NCBI GenBank assembly: GCA_963845245.1
Contig: CAWJRJ010000037.1
Location: 1-55,656, forward strand
Length of the DNA stretch: 55,656 bases
From: Nitrospirota bacterium
GTDB lineage: Bacteria > Nitrospirota > JACRHJ01
Direction of reading: 5' to 3'
The notes under the pieces are model-generated. The model ran no database searches. It was not told the DNA's origin and saw only the letters and a list, made by a program, of their open reading frames with translations. Positions 41,379 to 52,022 of this stretch are shown one piece after another. The position numbers and the translations under genes are program-made. Numbering within the stretch: position 1 is the first letter of the stretch; every line of letters starts with the position of its first letter.

Positions 41379-42039
41379 ATGGACAGGTTCTATCCTGTAT
41401 TTCTTGATATCGAGGGGAAACGGGCCGTCGTCATAGGCGGCGGCCCGGTAGCCCACAGGAAGGCCGCATCCCTCCTTGAGGCCGGTGCGGCCGTCACCGT
41501 TATAAGCCCCGAAGCAGTACCCGCCATTACAAGGCTCGCCGAACGCGGCCTACTGACCCTTAAACCCAGAAGATATAGAAAAGGCGACCTCAGGGGAGCC
41601 GTGGTTGCCATCGCGGCCACCGACGACCAGACCGTGAACGAGAGGGCGGCATCCGAGGCCAGGGACCTGGGCATATTGATAAACTGCGCCACTCCACCCG
41701 AATCCGGCAACTTCATAGTGCCTTCATCGATCAAAAAGGGCGCCCTGACACTTGCCATATCGACGGGCGGGGCGTCCCCCGCACTCTCAAAGAGGCTGAG
41801 GCTTGACCTTGAGGCCTTCCTGGGTACAAAGTACTCATGGTTCCTGGAGTTCCTTGAGGAGGCCAGGGGACGGCTTAAAGCGGAGGTTAGAAGACGAGGC
41901 CGCCCGTCAGGAGATACTCCGCAAAATCGTTGACCACTTTTTGTCGGATGAGCTTACAGACATCCCGGAAAAAGAGGCCCTCCTTAAAGCAGGCTCCATG
42001 CTTGAGTTGATGCTTACCGCCACCCGTTCCAAACAATAA
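41379..42039 (+). CDS. Precorrin-2 dehydrogenase/sirohydrochlorin ferrochelatase (CysG N-terminal/SirC-like), C-terminal frameshift
   Basis: YPVFLD, VIGGGPVAHRK, AATDD, AISTGGASPAL. Confidence 0.88.
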
Positions 42040-42061
42040 AAACCTAGGCACACTTTTTATA

Positions 42062-42090
42062 TTGACAACGGTATGTTTTTTAGATAACGT
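42062..42090 (+). promoter_or_regulatory. Sigma70 promoter of the ArsR operon
   Basis: TTGACA-N17-TAACGT. Confidence 0.6.
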
Positions 42091-42139
42091 ATTAGCAGTT
42101 TATGATATGATGATGTGATTATTTGTTGAGGTGTTAAAA

Positions 42140-42469
42140 ATGGACTACAGAAAGATGTCCGAACTGCTCAAGGTTATGGCCCATCCCTACCGTCTGGAAA
42201 TCCTGCAAAAGCTTGAGAGCGACGTCCTGTGCGTATCCGACATGGGGGAGGTCCTGGGCACCAGCCAGTCGAACATATCCCAGCATATCGCGCTATTGAG
42301 GCGCACCGGGCTGGTGGACTACTATGTTGATGGGAAAATGCGCTGCTATTTTCTGAAGGACCCGATGACTGTCGATATCCTTAAGGCGCTAAACAAAGAG
42401 TACAAAGAAGAACTGCCCAGACCGGCATGTTGTCCTGTAAGGCCAAACACAAAGAAAGTCGCCATTTAA
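42140..42469 (+). CDS. ArsR/SmtB family transcriptional regulator
   Basis: KVMAHPYRLEIL, LCVSD, SQSNISQH; C-terminal CC. Confidence 0.92.
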   Translation: MDYRKMSELLKVMAHPYRLEILQKLESDVLCVSDMGEVLGTSQSNISQHIALLRRTGLVDYYVDGKMRCYFLKDPMTVDILKALNKEYKEELPRPACCPVRPNTKKVAI

Positions 42470-42487
42470 TTAATTCCAGGAGGTAGC

Positions 42488-42745
42488 ATGGGAAAGAAGA
42501 CCGTAAAACTGTACGTAAACGACCCAATGGGCAAGCGCTGCGAGATGAATATGCTGGCAGCCCGGAAAGCAAAAGAAACCCTGGGAATTGATATCGTGGT
42601 CGTTAAGAAGGGGTCGGACGAGTATTATAGTGAAAGCACTCCTCCCCCGTGTCCATCGGTTGCCGTTGACAGCAGGTTCATAGTCAAAGACGGTACTGTG
42701 GACTATGAGCAGCTTCAGGCTGAAATATTAAAAGACACAAAATAA
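42488..42745 (+). CDS. Small thioredoxin-like redox protein
   Basis: GKRC and PPCPSVAVD motifs; AGGAGG RBS. Confidence 0.65.
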   Translation: MGKKTVKLYVNDPMGKRCEMNMLAARKAKETLGIDIVVVKKGSDEYYSESTPPPCPSVAVDSRFIVKDGTVDYEQLQAEILKDTK

Positions 42746-42757
42746 AAGGAGCGCGTC

Positions 42758-43546
42758 ATGGATATATCGTTTTTGGTAACCCTGCTATTCTTGGGGTTGG
42801 GGGGCGGTTTTCTTTCCGGCCTGCTGGGGCTTGGCGGGGCCATATTCATGATACCGCTGCTCCTGTACGTACCGCCGATGCTCGGCGTCGGGCAGCTCGA
42901 TATGAAGCAGGTGGCCGCGGTAAGCATGGTGCAGGTGCTCGCGGCCTCTATTTCAGGTCTTATCGTACACAACAAGAATAAATTCGTCAGCAAGTCACTC
43001 CTGATATACATGGGGCTTTTTAATGCCCTCGGCAACCTTGCCGGTTCTCTTTTCTCCAAGCACACAAAGAGCGAGTTCCTGCTTGCAATCTTTGCGACCA
43101 TGGCGGTCATCGCCGCAGTGGTCATGTTCGTGCCGAAACGCGAACAGGGCGAGGATATAGCGCCCGAGGATGTCCAGTACAACAAGGTCCTGGCGTCAGG
43201 CGTCAGCCTCGCCATCGGCTGTTTTGGAGGCATGGTGGGCGCGCCTGGGGCGTTCATTTACATTCCGGTAATGATATACTTACTTAACATCCCTACCCGC
43301 ATCGTAATAGGCAGCACCCTTGGGATAGTCGCACTCGGGGCCGTGATGGGCACTATCGGCAAGATGGCCACCGGGCAGATAATCTGGCCCTATGCGATAG
43401 CGCTTGTCATAGGCACCATACCCGGCGCCCAGGTTGGCGGGCGGGTGAGCAAAAAGGTCAATACAAAGAACCTGCGTTATGCCATCGCAGTGATTATCGC
43501 GGTTACCGGCATCAGGATGTGGTACCAGGTGTTTTCGGGTCATTAA
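42758..43546 (+). CDS. TauE/SafE sulfite exporter family protein
   Basis: GFLSGLLGLGGA, GGMVGAPGA, GAQVGGR; about 8 TM. Confidence 0.92.
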   Translation: MDISFLVTLLFLGLGGGFLSGLLGLGGAIFMIPLLLYVPPMLGVGQLDMKQVAAVSMVQVLAASISGLIVHNKNKFVSKSLLIYMGLFNALGNLAGSLFSKHTKSEFLLAIFATMAVIAAVVMFVPKREQGEDIAPEDVQYNKVLASGVSLAIGCFGGMVGAPGAFIYIPVMIYLLNIPTRIVIGSTLGIVALGAVMGTIGKMATGQIIWPYAIALVIGTIPGAQVGGRVSKKVNTKNLRYAIAVIIAVTGIRMWYQVFSGH

Positions 43547-43560
43547 TTAAAGGAGTACAA

Positions 43561-43923
43561 ATGGAAAAGAAATTTCTTATTATTGTCACACACTCGTTTG
43601 ATGCCCCTGAGCGGGCGGGGGCGGCCCTGGCCATTGCCAATACCGCCGTTGCAAACGATATGGACGTGGTAATCTTCGCCCTCAACGAAGGCGCTCTTCT
43701 GGTAAAGAAGGGGTTCGCCGAGACGGTTACAGACCAGAAGGCGTTCCCTCCTTTGAAGACCCTTATGGATACCCTTGTAGAGGCGGGACAGAAGTTTTAT
43801 ATATGCACAGCCTGCGCAAACCAGTTCGGTGTTAAAGAGGAAGACCTTTTGCCTAACACTCACATGGCAGGTCCTCAGACCATTCTGGAATTGGCGTTGG
43901 AACGCGAGGTCATGACATTCTAA
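43561..43923 (+). CDS. DsrE/DsrF-like sulfur-carrier family protein
   Basis: IFALNEGA, YICTACA. Confidence 0.85.
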   Translation: MEKKFLIIVTHSFDAPERAGAALAIANTAVANDMDVVIFALNEGALLVKKGFAETVTDQKAFPPLKTLMDTLVEAGQKFYICTACANQFGVKEEDLLPNTHMAGPQTILELALEREVMTF

Positions 43924-44034
43924 GCCGAGGTTTGCGTTAAGATTGACCCTGAACAATTTGGTTCTAAATTGGGTTCTATATGTAACTTCACGGCGGCATT
44001 TACTAAAACAAAGTAAATCTTACGGGGCATCATA

Positions 44035-44331
44035 TTGACTTACGATGAATTTAAAATAGTTCTTGAGATTTTTGGGCTTGACGACTCTAGGGCTACAGTC
44101 AAAGAAATAAAGACGAAACACCGGGAGCTTGTTAAAAAGTACCATCCTGACGCCGGTAGCAAGGATACCGATCATATCAAGAAAATAAACGCCGCTTACA
44201 AGATATTGTTGGGGTATTGCGAAAATTACAGATTATCCTTCTCTCAAGAAGAGTTCTATAAACAAAACCCTCAAGAACACCTAAGAAACCAGTACATGGA
44301 AGACCCCTTATGGGGAAATTGGGGAAAGTAA
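44035..44331 (+). CDS. Small J-domain protein
   Basis: LVKKYHPD motif, INAAY. Confidence 0.85.
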   Translation: MTYDEFKIVLEIFGLDDSRATVKEIKTKHRELVKKYHPDAGSKDTDHIKKINAAYKILLGYCENYRLSFSQEEFYKQNPQEHLRNQYMEDPLWGNWGK

Positions 44332-44538
44332 AAAGACGATTGCGCCTTGTGGGTATAAGGACACAGAGAGTATGGCTAAACGTGTCTTTTTTACAACACC
44401 TGCGTCTTGGCCGCAAAAAGACCGTAAGGCAAACTCGTTGAATAATATGGTAAAGTTGTGGCGTTCCTCTTCTGGCACTATAATTGCAACCCGTAGTTTT
44501 CGTAACGGTGCAGTGCATGTCGGAAAAGGGGAGCAATC

Positions 44539-45420
44539 TTGTTTTACCAAAGGACTATTAAAAAGAACATAAAGCTTCATGGCGTGGGTCTTCACTCAGG
44601 TGAGCAAGTGACAATGGTCCTTTGCCCCGCCCCTCCCGACACGGGCATAGTCTTCCTGGCAGATGGCAAGAGGATAAAAGCAGTCTGCGACAATGTGGGC
44701 GACACCTCTTATGCCACCACCCTTAAGGATGGCGCTACAAGGATCCGCACGGTAGAACACCTGCTGGCGGCCCTGGCGGGGCTCTCCATAGACAATGCCT
44801 ATATCGAGCTCGACGGCCCCGAAGTCCCGATAATGGACGGGAGCGCGTGGCCGTTTATCGAGGCTGTGAGGGAGGCAGGCATAACCGTGCAAGCCTCTGC
44901 GAGGAGATACCTCAAGATAATAAAGCCGGTGACGGTGCATGACGGGGACAAATCAGCGACGCTCCTCCCGTCTACGGTCAGCCGCATAACCTACAGGATT
45001 GATTTCAACCATCCCGCTATCTCGGACCAGAGTTTCTCTATGGACGTGGAGCCTTCGACGTTTGCCGATGAACTTTCCGGCGCGCGCACATTTGGTTTCC
45101 TGCGCGACGTAGAGATGCTGCAGAAGGCCGGCCTTGCAAGAGGCGGCTCACTAGAGAACGCCGTCGTTATGGACGATGAGCAGATCCTTAATGAAGAAGG
45201 CCTGCGCTACGATAATGAGTTTGTGCGCCACAAGATGCTCGATGCCGTAGGCGACCTCTCACTTGTCGGTATGCCCATTATAGGGCACCTTGTGGCTGAC
45301 AAGTCTGGCCACTGGCTCAACCACAGGCTTGTGCTCGAGGTGCTATCGCATCCAGACTCATGGATGGTACTTGAAGGCGAACCCGCCTTTGAGGAAACTC
45401 GGGCTTACATGGAAGCATAA
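44539..45420 (+). CDS. lpxC: UDP-3-O-acyl-N-acetylglucosamine deacetylase
   Basis: GVGLHSG, TVEHLLAA, PIMDGS, ARTFGF, RHKMLDAVGD, SGH. Confidence 0.96.
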   Translation: MFYQRTIKKNIKLHGVGLHSGEQVTMVLCPAPPDTGIVFLADGKRIKAVCDNVGDTSYATTLKDGATRIRTVEHLLAALAGLSIDNAYIELDGPEVPIMDGSAWPFIEAVREAGITVQASARRYLKIIKPVTVHDGDKSATLLPSTVSRITYRIDFNHPAISDQSFSMDVEPSTFADELSGARTFGFLRDVEMLQKAGLARGGSLENAVVMDDEQILNEEGLRYDNEFVRHKMLDAVGDLSLVGMPIIGHLVADKSGHWLNHRLVLEVLSHPDSWMVLEGEPAFEETRAYMEA

Positions 45421-45444
45421 GCTTTAAATGACAAAGTAAGGAGG

Positions 45445-45485
45445 AGCCAGGAACCCAGGCAGCATTCGGGTTCCTGGCTTTTTGC
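45445..45485 (+). terminator. Intrinsic terminator
   Basis: AGCCAGGAACCC/GGGTTCCTGGCT stem followed by TTTT. Confidence 0.8.
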
Positions 45486-45499
45486 TTTTAGTTGGGTAT

Positions 45500-46661
45500 T
45501 TAGTCTAACTCTATGTCCGGAACGACCGGGAAACCGTATTTATCCTGGGCTGCCATGCCAATAGCGAGTGTGTACCGTGCCTTCTCCCCCGGAAGCAAGG
45601 TCTGAGGCCCCCATTGCAGGCCGATGAACCTGGTATCGCTTCTCAAGGGCTCTTCCTCATTGTTTTTGTCAGGGAATTCCGTTTCTCTGTTGGAAAAATA
45701 TACTAGCGGCTTTTTGCCGCCTATCCATTTTAAGAAATTCGCCTTTCTCGTAAAATTATGGCCTTCACCTGCCGCCGTGTTGCCATAGTCGAAAAAGCCT
45801 GCGTAACCGAACCTGGTGGTATCGACGTACTGGACGGTTGTGACTATATGGCCGTCAACCCAGCCCACGTTCCCACTGGAACTGCCGTAATCGCCCAGCC
45901 ATGGTTCATCCCCATAAGCATAGTAGTATGAAACCGGTACATTACCGGTGTTTTGTATGCGTATTGAAAGGATAAAGAAAGTGTCGCCCGCCCTGAAATA
46001 GGCGTATCTGTCGATCCTCAGCGGTACTTCGTCTACGAGGGCGATATGGCTGCTTTTGATAGCAAGGGCATTGCTGCTTCTGTTGAGAACACCGCTACCC
46101 AGAAACTGCCAGCGTGCCGGTTCGGACTTCGTTAACGTTTTAGCAGAGGCTAATCCTTCGTTGGCGTTGCACCATAAATGGTACCACCTTGTGCCGTCGC
46201 TGTATGACATGCCTGTCTCGTTAATCAGGTTTGTCCTGTCATAACGCACGCCTGCGGGTAGGCCCGCCCCCCACGAAAAGTCCGTGGTTGTAGTGCCCTT
46301 CGCTGTCGCAGAAGCGGCTGAAGCAGGTCAGTATCCTGCCGCCATCCGGAAGGAAATTCATTACGTATCCGGAACCGTCGGCCTTGTCCCACTTAAAATC
46401 CAGAAACGATTTTCCAGGTTCAGGAGTTTTTTCTTTTTTGAAATAACGGAACGGGGCCTGGTCCGTGTCCAGCCCGAAGATTAGCCTGCTGCCGTCTCCG
46501 AGATAGAGGTCGTCCTTTATCTCAAAAAGCGCGCCGTGCCGTGCCTTAAGCAGGAAGACGCCCTCATAGTGACCTTTCAAGTCGAAACGGGTGGTCAAGA
46601 CAAGAAAAACGGCGAATAGGGCAACAAAGACAAGAGAAGACAGTAAAAACCTGCGGTGCAT
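45500..46661 (-). CDS. Hypothetical membrane-anchored protein, frameshift near 46250
   Basis: Two abutting ORFs (46239-46661, 45500-46249) with continuous coding character and N-terminal TM. Confidence 0.65.
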
Positions 46662-46848
46662 TGATTCGTTTATTTCCTTAGTGCCTTAAAAAATCCAAAC
46701 ATTGTTTAATTTAGCATCAACATTGCCGGATTTCAACTTAAATCGTCGGTGAAAGGCTTAATGGCCGGCCCCGCGCGTAACGCCTGATGACGCTAGCCGG
46801 CTCCTTTGAATAAAATACTGCTATACTTAATGCAGAAAAGGATAAAAC

Positions 46849-47796
46849 ATGCACAAGCGTTTATTAATAATCTGCTGCACAGTATTTTTTGTGCTTGGTG
46901 TCTTTGTCATGGCCTCCTCAGGGGTGGAGCGGTCGTTTTTCGATGTGGGAGGCGGCAGCCGTATAGAACTCCCCGTGGTTGGAGAGGTGGATACCTCCAC
47001 CCTTTCGCTGCCTGCTCTTACCGTGGCAATTGCCGCCATGGACAGCTTTAACCCCTGCGCCTTCTTCGTGCTGTTCTTTCTTTTGAGCCTGCTTATCCAC
47101 TCCGGTTCCAGGGCCAGGATGCTGCTTATCGGGGGCACTTTCATATGCATGTCCGGGGTGGTCTATTTTCTGTTCATGTCGGCATGGCTCAACATATTCC
47201 TCATATTGGGAACGAGGGCCGTCATAACCGTGACTGCCGGGTTGGTGGCGGTGCTGGTCTCGCTTATTAACATAAAAGACTTCTTTTTCTTTAAGAAGGG
47301 GGTGTCGCTGACGATATCCGATGAGGCGAAGTCGAAGCTTTTCGACCGCATGAGAGGCCTACTGAAGTCTACCTCGGTCTTGACAGCCCTGGCCGCCACT
47401 ACCGTGCTTGCCGCCGCCGCAAACAGCTACGAGCTGCTGTGCACGGCGGGCTTTCCCATGGTATATACGAGGGCGCTTACCCTGAAGAATCTCTCAACGC
47501 TACAGTACTATACATACATCGGGTTCTATAATGTCATATATGTAATACCACTCATGGTCATAATGGGTGTATTTGTGTTTACGCTCGGTTCTCGTAAGCT
47601 GACCGAATGGCAGGGGCGGGAGTTAAAGCTCGTCTCCGGCCTGATGATGCTCGGCCTTGGCCTTGCGCTTCTTGTCAGGCCTGGCATGCTCACGGAAGCG
47701 GGTTCATCGCTGATATTGATGTTGTTGGCGATTGGCGGGTCGGCCGCCATAATCGCGCTGGAGAAAAAACGGGGTGCCCATAAATTGGGCATTTGA
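46849..47796 (+). CDS. CcdA/DsbD-like transmembrane thiol-redox protein
   Basis: DSFNPCAFFVL and ELLCTAGFP intramembrane Cys motifs; multiple TM. Confidence 0.7.
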   Translation: MHKRLLIICCTVFFVLGVFVMASSGVERSFFDVGGGSRIELPVVGEVDTSTLSLPALTVAIAAMDSFNPCAFFVLFFLLSLLIHSGSRARMLLIGGTFICMSGVVYFLFMSAWLNIFLILGTRAVITVTAGLVAVLVSLINIKDFFFFKKGVSLTISDEAKSKLFDRMRGLLKSTSVLTALAATTVLAAAANSYELLCTAGFPMVYTRALTLKNLSTLQYYTYIGFYNVIYVIPLMVIMGVFVFTLGSRKLTEWQGRELKLVSGLMMLGLGLALLVRPGMLTEAGSSLILMLLAIGGSAAIIALEKKRGAHKLGI

Positions 47797-47851
47797 CAGA
47801 AGGTAGAGTAAGTGGTATCAGTTTAAAGAGGTTATATATTGAGGAGGCAGT

Positions 47852-48091
47852 ATGAGGACGTCAAAGCGAATCAGCGACCTGTCCGAACTTAGAGAGTCCG
47901 ATATCGTCTACCTTGTGTGTAAAGACAAGAAAGAGCCTGAGGCGTTCGAGGTAGTGACCACGTTTCCAGGCCGTCTTTCCGCATTCACCGTGGTAAAGAG
48001 TATGAGTACCGGTATGAACATGGTCATGAGGCCGCTGGAGCCGGGCGAGTATATATATATGATCGAGGAAAGGGAAGATATCGCCTGTTAG
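47852..48091 (+). CDS. Hypothetical protein (79 aa)
   Basis: GAGGAGG RBS; upstream TTGACA-N17-TATCAG. Confidence 0.65.
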   Translation: MRTSKRISDLSELRESDIVYLVCKDKKEPEAFEVVTTFPGRLSAFTVVKSMSTGMNMVMRPLEPGEYIYMIEEREDIAC

Positions 48092-48432
48092 TCAAGTCCT
48101 GTGTCTATGTGGAACCTGTGCAGGAACCGGTGGTACACCGGCGCGAACAGGACACCCACGAAGGTCAGAAACATCACCCCGCTGAAAAGCGCATAAAAGG
48201 ATGCGAAAAGCTTGGCCGCGTCCGTCTCCATCCTGTCCACCGGCCCCATCCCGGTAAGTATCATCGAGGCGTTAAGGAACGAATCTACCCAGCCGAGACG
48301 TCCGAACACGTGGTAGCCTTCCGTCCCTATGCCGATAGAGAAAACAAGTATTAGAAGCGAGAACAGGGTATAGTTTAGCTGGCGGCGGAGGAACTGTTTT
48401 CTCGTTAAAAGCGGTTTTGTCCTGTGTTCCAT
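48088..48432 (-). CDS. Small 2-TM protein with K-channel-like pore segment
   Basis: WVDSFLNASMILTGMGP...KLFASFYALFSG. Confidence 0.75.
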   Translation of the reverse strand: MEHRTKPLLTRKQFLRRQLNYTLFSLLILVFSIGIGTEGYHVFGRLGWVDSFLNASMILTGMGPVDRMETDAAKLFASFYALFSGVMFLTFVGVLFAPVYHRFLHRFHIDTGLD

Positions 48433-48442
48433 GAAAAGCACC

Positions 48443-49252
48443 TCACCGGATAGTAGACACTCCCATGAACGGCTGATTTCCCCCCGTGTCCTGCGGAGCG
48501 CCTTCTCCTGAAGGAAGCTGGCCGTCTTCCTGGCCGGGCTGCATGACCTCCTCAAACTCGGGCACCGCTATGCCGCGCCTGACCATGATATTATATATTA
48601 TGCGCGAGCGGTTCTGCACGTACCGGGACGGGTTGACAGGGCTGTACTTGTGCGGGTTCGGCAGCACGGATGCGAGCTTTGCCGCCTGCTCCGCGTTGAG
48701 AGCCGAAGCGGGTATCCCGTAATAATGATGGGCGGCGGCCTCTATCCCGAAGATGCCGTCACCCCACTCGGCGAAGTTCAGGTACAGCTCAAGGATGCGC
48801 CGTTTCTTGAGCGTGCGCTCCATCCTCCATGTAAGGATGGCTTCCTTTATCTTCCGTATGGGGTTTCTGGAGGGAGACAGGAACAGGTTTTTGGCCAGCT
48901 GCTGGCTGATGGTGCTCCCGCCCGCCTTGAACTTGCCCTTTTCGATATCCTTCTCAAGGGCCTTCTCCATCCCCTGGAAATCGAAGCCTTCGTGGTGCCA
49001 GAACTTGTCGTCCTCGGCTATAAGCACGGCCTTCGCCATGTACGGGGATATCCTCGAGAACGGGACCCACACCTGGCGGAGTTTTATCTTTTTGCCCTCA
49101 GACTCGTACTGCCGCTCCCGGTACTCCATCATGGCGGACTTCCTGGGTGTTGATTTTTGCAGTTTGGATACGTCCGGGTAGACGAACGATATTCCGATGT
49201 AGATAGCAAGTGCTGTTACGGCGGCGATGAGGATTTTAGCTGCCATTTTCAT
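48443..49252 (-). CDS. mtgA: Monofunctional peptidoglycan transglycosylase
   Basis: AEDDKFWHHEGFD, GGSTISQQLAKNLFL, RKIKEA, KRRILELYLN. Confidence 0.93.
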   Translation of the reverse strand: MKMAAKILIAAVTALAIYIGISFVYPDVSKLQKSTPRKSAMMEYRERQYESEGKKIKLRQVWVPFSRISPYMAKAVLIAEDDKFWHHEGFDFQGMEKALEKDIEKGKFKAGGSTISQQLAKNLFLSPSRNPIRKIKEAILTWRMERTLKKRRILELYLNFAEWGDGIFGIEAAAHHYYGIPASALNAEQAAKLASVLPNPHKYSPVNPSRYVQNRSRIIYNIMVRRGIAVPEFEEVMQPGQEDGQLPSGEGAPQDTGGNQPFMGVSTIR

Positions 49253-50499
49253 CCCAACATGTTCGGGAATATCGAGATGATAACGAGCATCCCTGTGAGG
49301 GCAATCATGATGAACGTGGTTAGCCATGCAATAATATTAAAACCTCGCGAATTAACATACTCGCCCATGATGTCAGGGTTGTTCACAAGTTTTAGCATAT
49401 AGATGAGGATGAACGGCAGAAGTATCCCGTTGATGACCTGCGACCAGAGCATTACGAGGATGAGCGGGATGTTGGGTATGAGGATGACGCCCGCGCCGAT
49501 AACAATCAGCAGGGTATATAGCCAGTAAAAAATAGGGGCTTCGTCCCAGGATTTATCAATACCGGCCTCGAAGCCGAACGCTTCGCAGACGTAATAGGCG
49601 GTGGCCAGCGGCAGGATGGACGCGGAGAATATCGATGCGTTCAAAAGCCCGAAGGCGAAAAGCGTCGAGGCCCATTTGCCGGCCAGGGGCGCGAGCGCCA
49701 ATGCGGCATCCTTGGCCGTCTCTATGTGAACACCGTGGACGTACATGGTCGCGGCGCATGCGACAACTATAAAAATAGCGACGAAATCCGTCATGAAACA
49801 ACCGAATATAACGTCCAGCTTTGAGTAGCCGTACTGTTTCGCGGTGATGCCCTTTTCTACCACCGCTGACTGGATGTAAAACTGCATCCAGGGCGCAATG
49901 GTAGTGCCGATAAGACCGATCAGCATCGCCAGGTAATCGTTGCTGAACGTAAAATTCGGGACGACCATCTCTTTCATGACCGTGCCCCATGGCGGGTGTG
50001 CCATGAACCCGGATATAACATAGGTGAAGTAAAGGCCTGAGGCGACTAGAAAGATGCGTTCAACATGTTTATACGAGCCCTTCACGACTACTATCCATAT
50101 CAGGAACGCGCCTACCGGTACGGATATGTATTTTGTCACCCCGAAAATTTCCATGCTGGCCGCTACGCCTGCAAACTCGGATATGGTATTGCCGAGGTCC
50201 GCCACCAGCAGGCCGACCATTATGAGGAACGTCATTTTGACGCCGTAATACTCCCGGATAAGGTCCGCTAGCCCCTTGCCCGATACCGCACCCATCCGCG
50301 CGCTCATCTCCTGTACGACGACCAGCGCCAGAGTCATGGGTATGAATACCCAGAGCAGCTTGTATCCGAACACGGCACCGGCGACGGAATATGTCGCAAT
50401 CCCGCCCGCATCGTTGTCGACGTTTGCCGTGATAATCCCGGGGCCGACCACGGCAAGGAACAAAAGTATCCTGCTTTTGCTAAGTTTCGGTAGTCTCAT
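49249..50499 (-). CDS. Nramp-related divalent metal (probably Mg2+) transporter
   Basis: GPGIITANVDNDAGGIATY, GTTIAPWMQF; coupled to an MgtE-N/CBS gene. Confidence 0.9.
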   Translation of the reverse strand: MRLPKLSKSRILLFLAVVGPGIITANVDNDAGGIATYSVAGAVFGYKLLWVFIPMTLALVVVQEMSARMGAVSGKGLADLIREYYGVKMTFLIMVGLLVADLGNTISEFAGVAASMEIFGVTKYISVPVGAFLIWIVVVKGSYKHVERIFLVASGLYFTYVISGFMAHPPWGTVMKEMVVPNFTFSNDYLAMLIGLIGTTIAPWMQFYIQSAVVEKGITAKQYGYSKLDVIFGCFMTDFVAIFIVVACAATMYVHGVHIETAKDAALALAPLAGKWASTLFAFGLLNASIFSASILPLATAYYVCEAFGFEAGIDKSWDEAPIFYWLYTLLIVIGAGVILIPNIPLILVMLWSQVINGILLPFILIYMLKLVNNPDIMGEYVNSRGFNIIAWLTTFIMIALTGMLVIISIFPNMLG

Positions 50500-50501
50500 T
50501 A

Positions 50502-51773
50502 CTATTTGATTCTGTGTTTCTTGCGTCTGGATTGTGGCGGAAGGACCAGGTCGACTATGTCGTCAACGGTTACTATTCCCAATATCTTTCTCTCTTCATC
50601 CAGGACCGGCATGGACAGCAGGTTGTACTTGGATATGATCCGGGCGACCTCCATCTCGTCCTCGCCTGGTTCGGCATACTTGAAGTCCGTAAGCATTATC
50701 TCTTCCATCGTCTTGTTCGGCGCAGCCAGAAGCATATCTTTCAGGAAAACCTCACCCAGAAGCCGTTCTTCGGGGTCGGTGATGTACAGCACGTAGGCAG
50801 AGGACGACTCTATGTCCGGCGCCTCCAGGCGATACTCCACAAGCGCTTCCTCGACCGTCATCCCGGGCGGAAATGAGAGGTACTCCGTCGTCATCAGGCC
50901 GCCCGCGGTGTCCTCGTCGTGTTCGAGAAGTTCCGCGACGTCCTCTGCATCCTCCGACTCCATCTTTTGCATTATGTCGTGCGCCTTCTCGTCGGAAAGG
51001 TCGCCCATCAGGTCGGCGGCCTCGTCCGGAGGCATTACCTCGAGTATGTCCGCAGCCTTCTCCTCGTCCATATAGGCTATGATATCCGCCTGGACGGATG
51101 GCTCGAGTTCGTGCATAGTCTCGGCGGCGGTCTCGATGTCGAGAGATTCGAGAACCCCAGGCCTGTCCTTGTGGGAGAGGTCCGAGATTATCTCGGCTAT
51201 ATCCGCCGGGTGGAGCTTGTTGATCTGGGCGCGTGTGACGGTAAGCGAGAGTTTTGAGAGACTGGGCTCTATAGGCTGGAGGAAGTTCCAACTTATAAGC
51301 TCGGAGGCCTTCTTGAAGCCGAGGACCCTTTCCAGCCTGTCCCATCTTTTATTTATGCCGAGCCTGCGCAAAAGGCCCGTTATTCCAACATCCACAGCGA
51401 TAAGGCACAGGTTGCCCTTTACCTCGCCCAGCTTCAGATCGTTGACGCGGACAAGTTTAGCGCCGTTGATGTCCACAATCTGCTTGTCCAGCAGGTTCTT
51501 TACGGCCAGGATCTCGTCGGCCGCCGGCTCGTCCGGCTTAAAGGAATGTGCCGGGGTTGTGGCTGATATCACCTTTTTATTGAATATTCCGACTTTTCCC
51601 CAGGGTATCTTGTAGAAGTAGCCTTTTTTGCGGACGAGTAGATGCGATACCTGTGGGAAGAACTCCCCCATAACGACTATGAAGTCGGAAAGTTGTCCGA
51701 TTTCTTCGCCTTGCGGGTCAAGAACGGGCTTGCGCAATACTTCGCTAGCATATATATCGCCTATAAAGTGCAT
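50502..51773 (-). CDS. PRC-barrel/MgtE intracellular N-domain/CBS protein (no TM domain)
   Basis: LLDKQIVDINGAKLVRVND, LHPADIA, DTAGGLMT, GIVTVDD. Confidence 0.88.
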   Translation of the reverse strand: MHFIGDIYASEVLRKPVLDPQGEEIGQLSDFIVVMGEFFPQVSHLLVRKKGYFYKIPWGKVGIFNKKVISATTPAHSFKPDEPAADEILAVKNLLDKQIVDINGAKLVRVNDLKLGEVKGNLCLIAVDVGITGLLRRLGINKRWDRLERVLGFKKASELISWNFLQPIEPSLSKLSLTVTRAQINKLHPADIAEIISDLSHKDRPGVLESLDIETAAETMHELEPSVQADIIAYMDEEKAADILEVMPPDEAADLMGDLSDEKAHDIMQKMESEDAEDVAELLEHDEDTAGGLMTTEYLSFPPGMTVEEALVEYRLEAPDIESSSAYVLYITDPEERLLGEVFLKDMLLAAPNKTMEEIMLTDFKYAEPGEDEMEVARIISKYNLLSMPVLDEERKILGIVTVDDIVDLVLPPQSRRKKHRIK

Positions 51774-51932
51774 GGCTCACCCCGGAATCCTAATAGTCAC
51801 AAAATGACAGAGTGTTGCCGTCCGATTACGGCGGAACCGCAATTAAAGCCCTGGTTCATAGCTGAAGCAACTATAAAAAATATATGGAATGCGCTGGGGG
51901 AGGACCGAAAGGAACTGGACGAGGCGGAAAGG

Positions 51933-52022
51933 CTAGGAAACGTCAGCCCTGGCGGTCGGCCTGCGCATGTTGTTATTGTAGAACAGGTTCATTATAATAC
52001 TACTACCTGGGCCAGCATCCAT
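51933..52022 (-). CDS. Putative leader peptide MDAGPGSSIIMNLFYNNNMRRPTARADVS
   Basis: Purine-rich RBS GGAAAGGTGGTGG; lies between the promoter and the Mg-transport operon. Confidence 0.5.
   Translation of the reverse strand: MDAGPGSSIIMNLFYNNNMRRPTARADVS

Noticed and set aside
42488..42745. Selenoprotein
   Set aside because: The ORF is open with TGC (Cys) at the redox position and has no in-frame TGA
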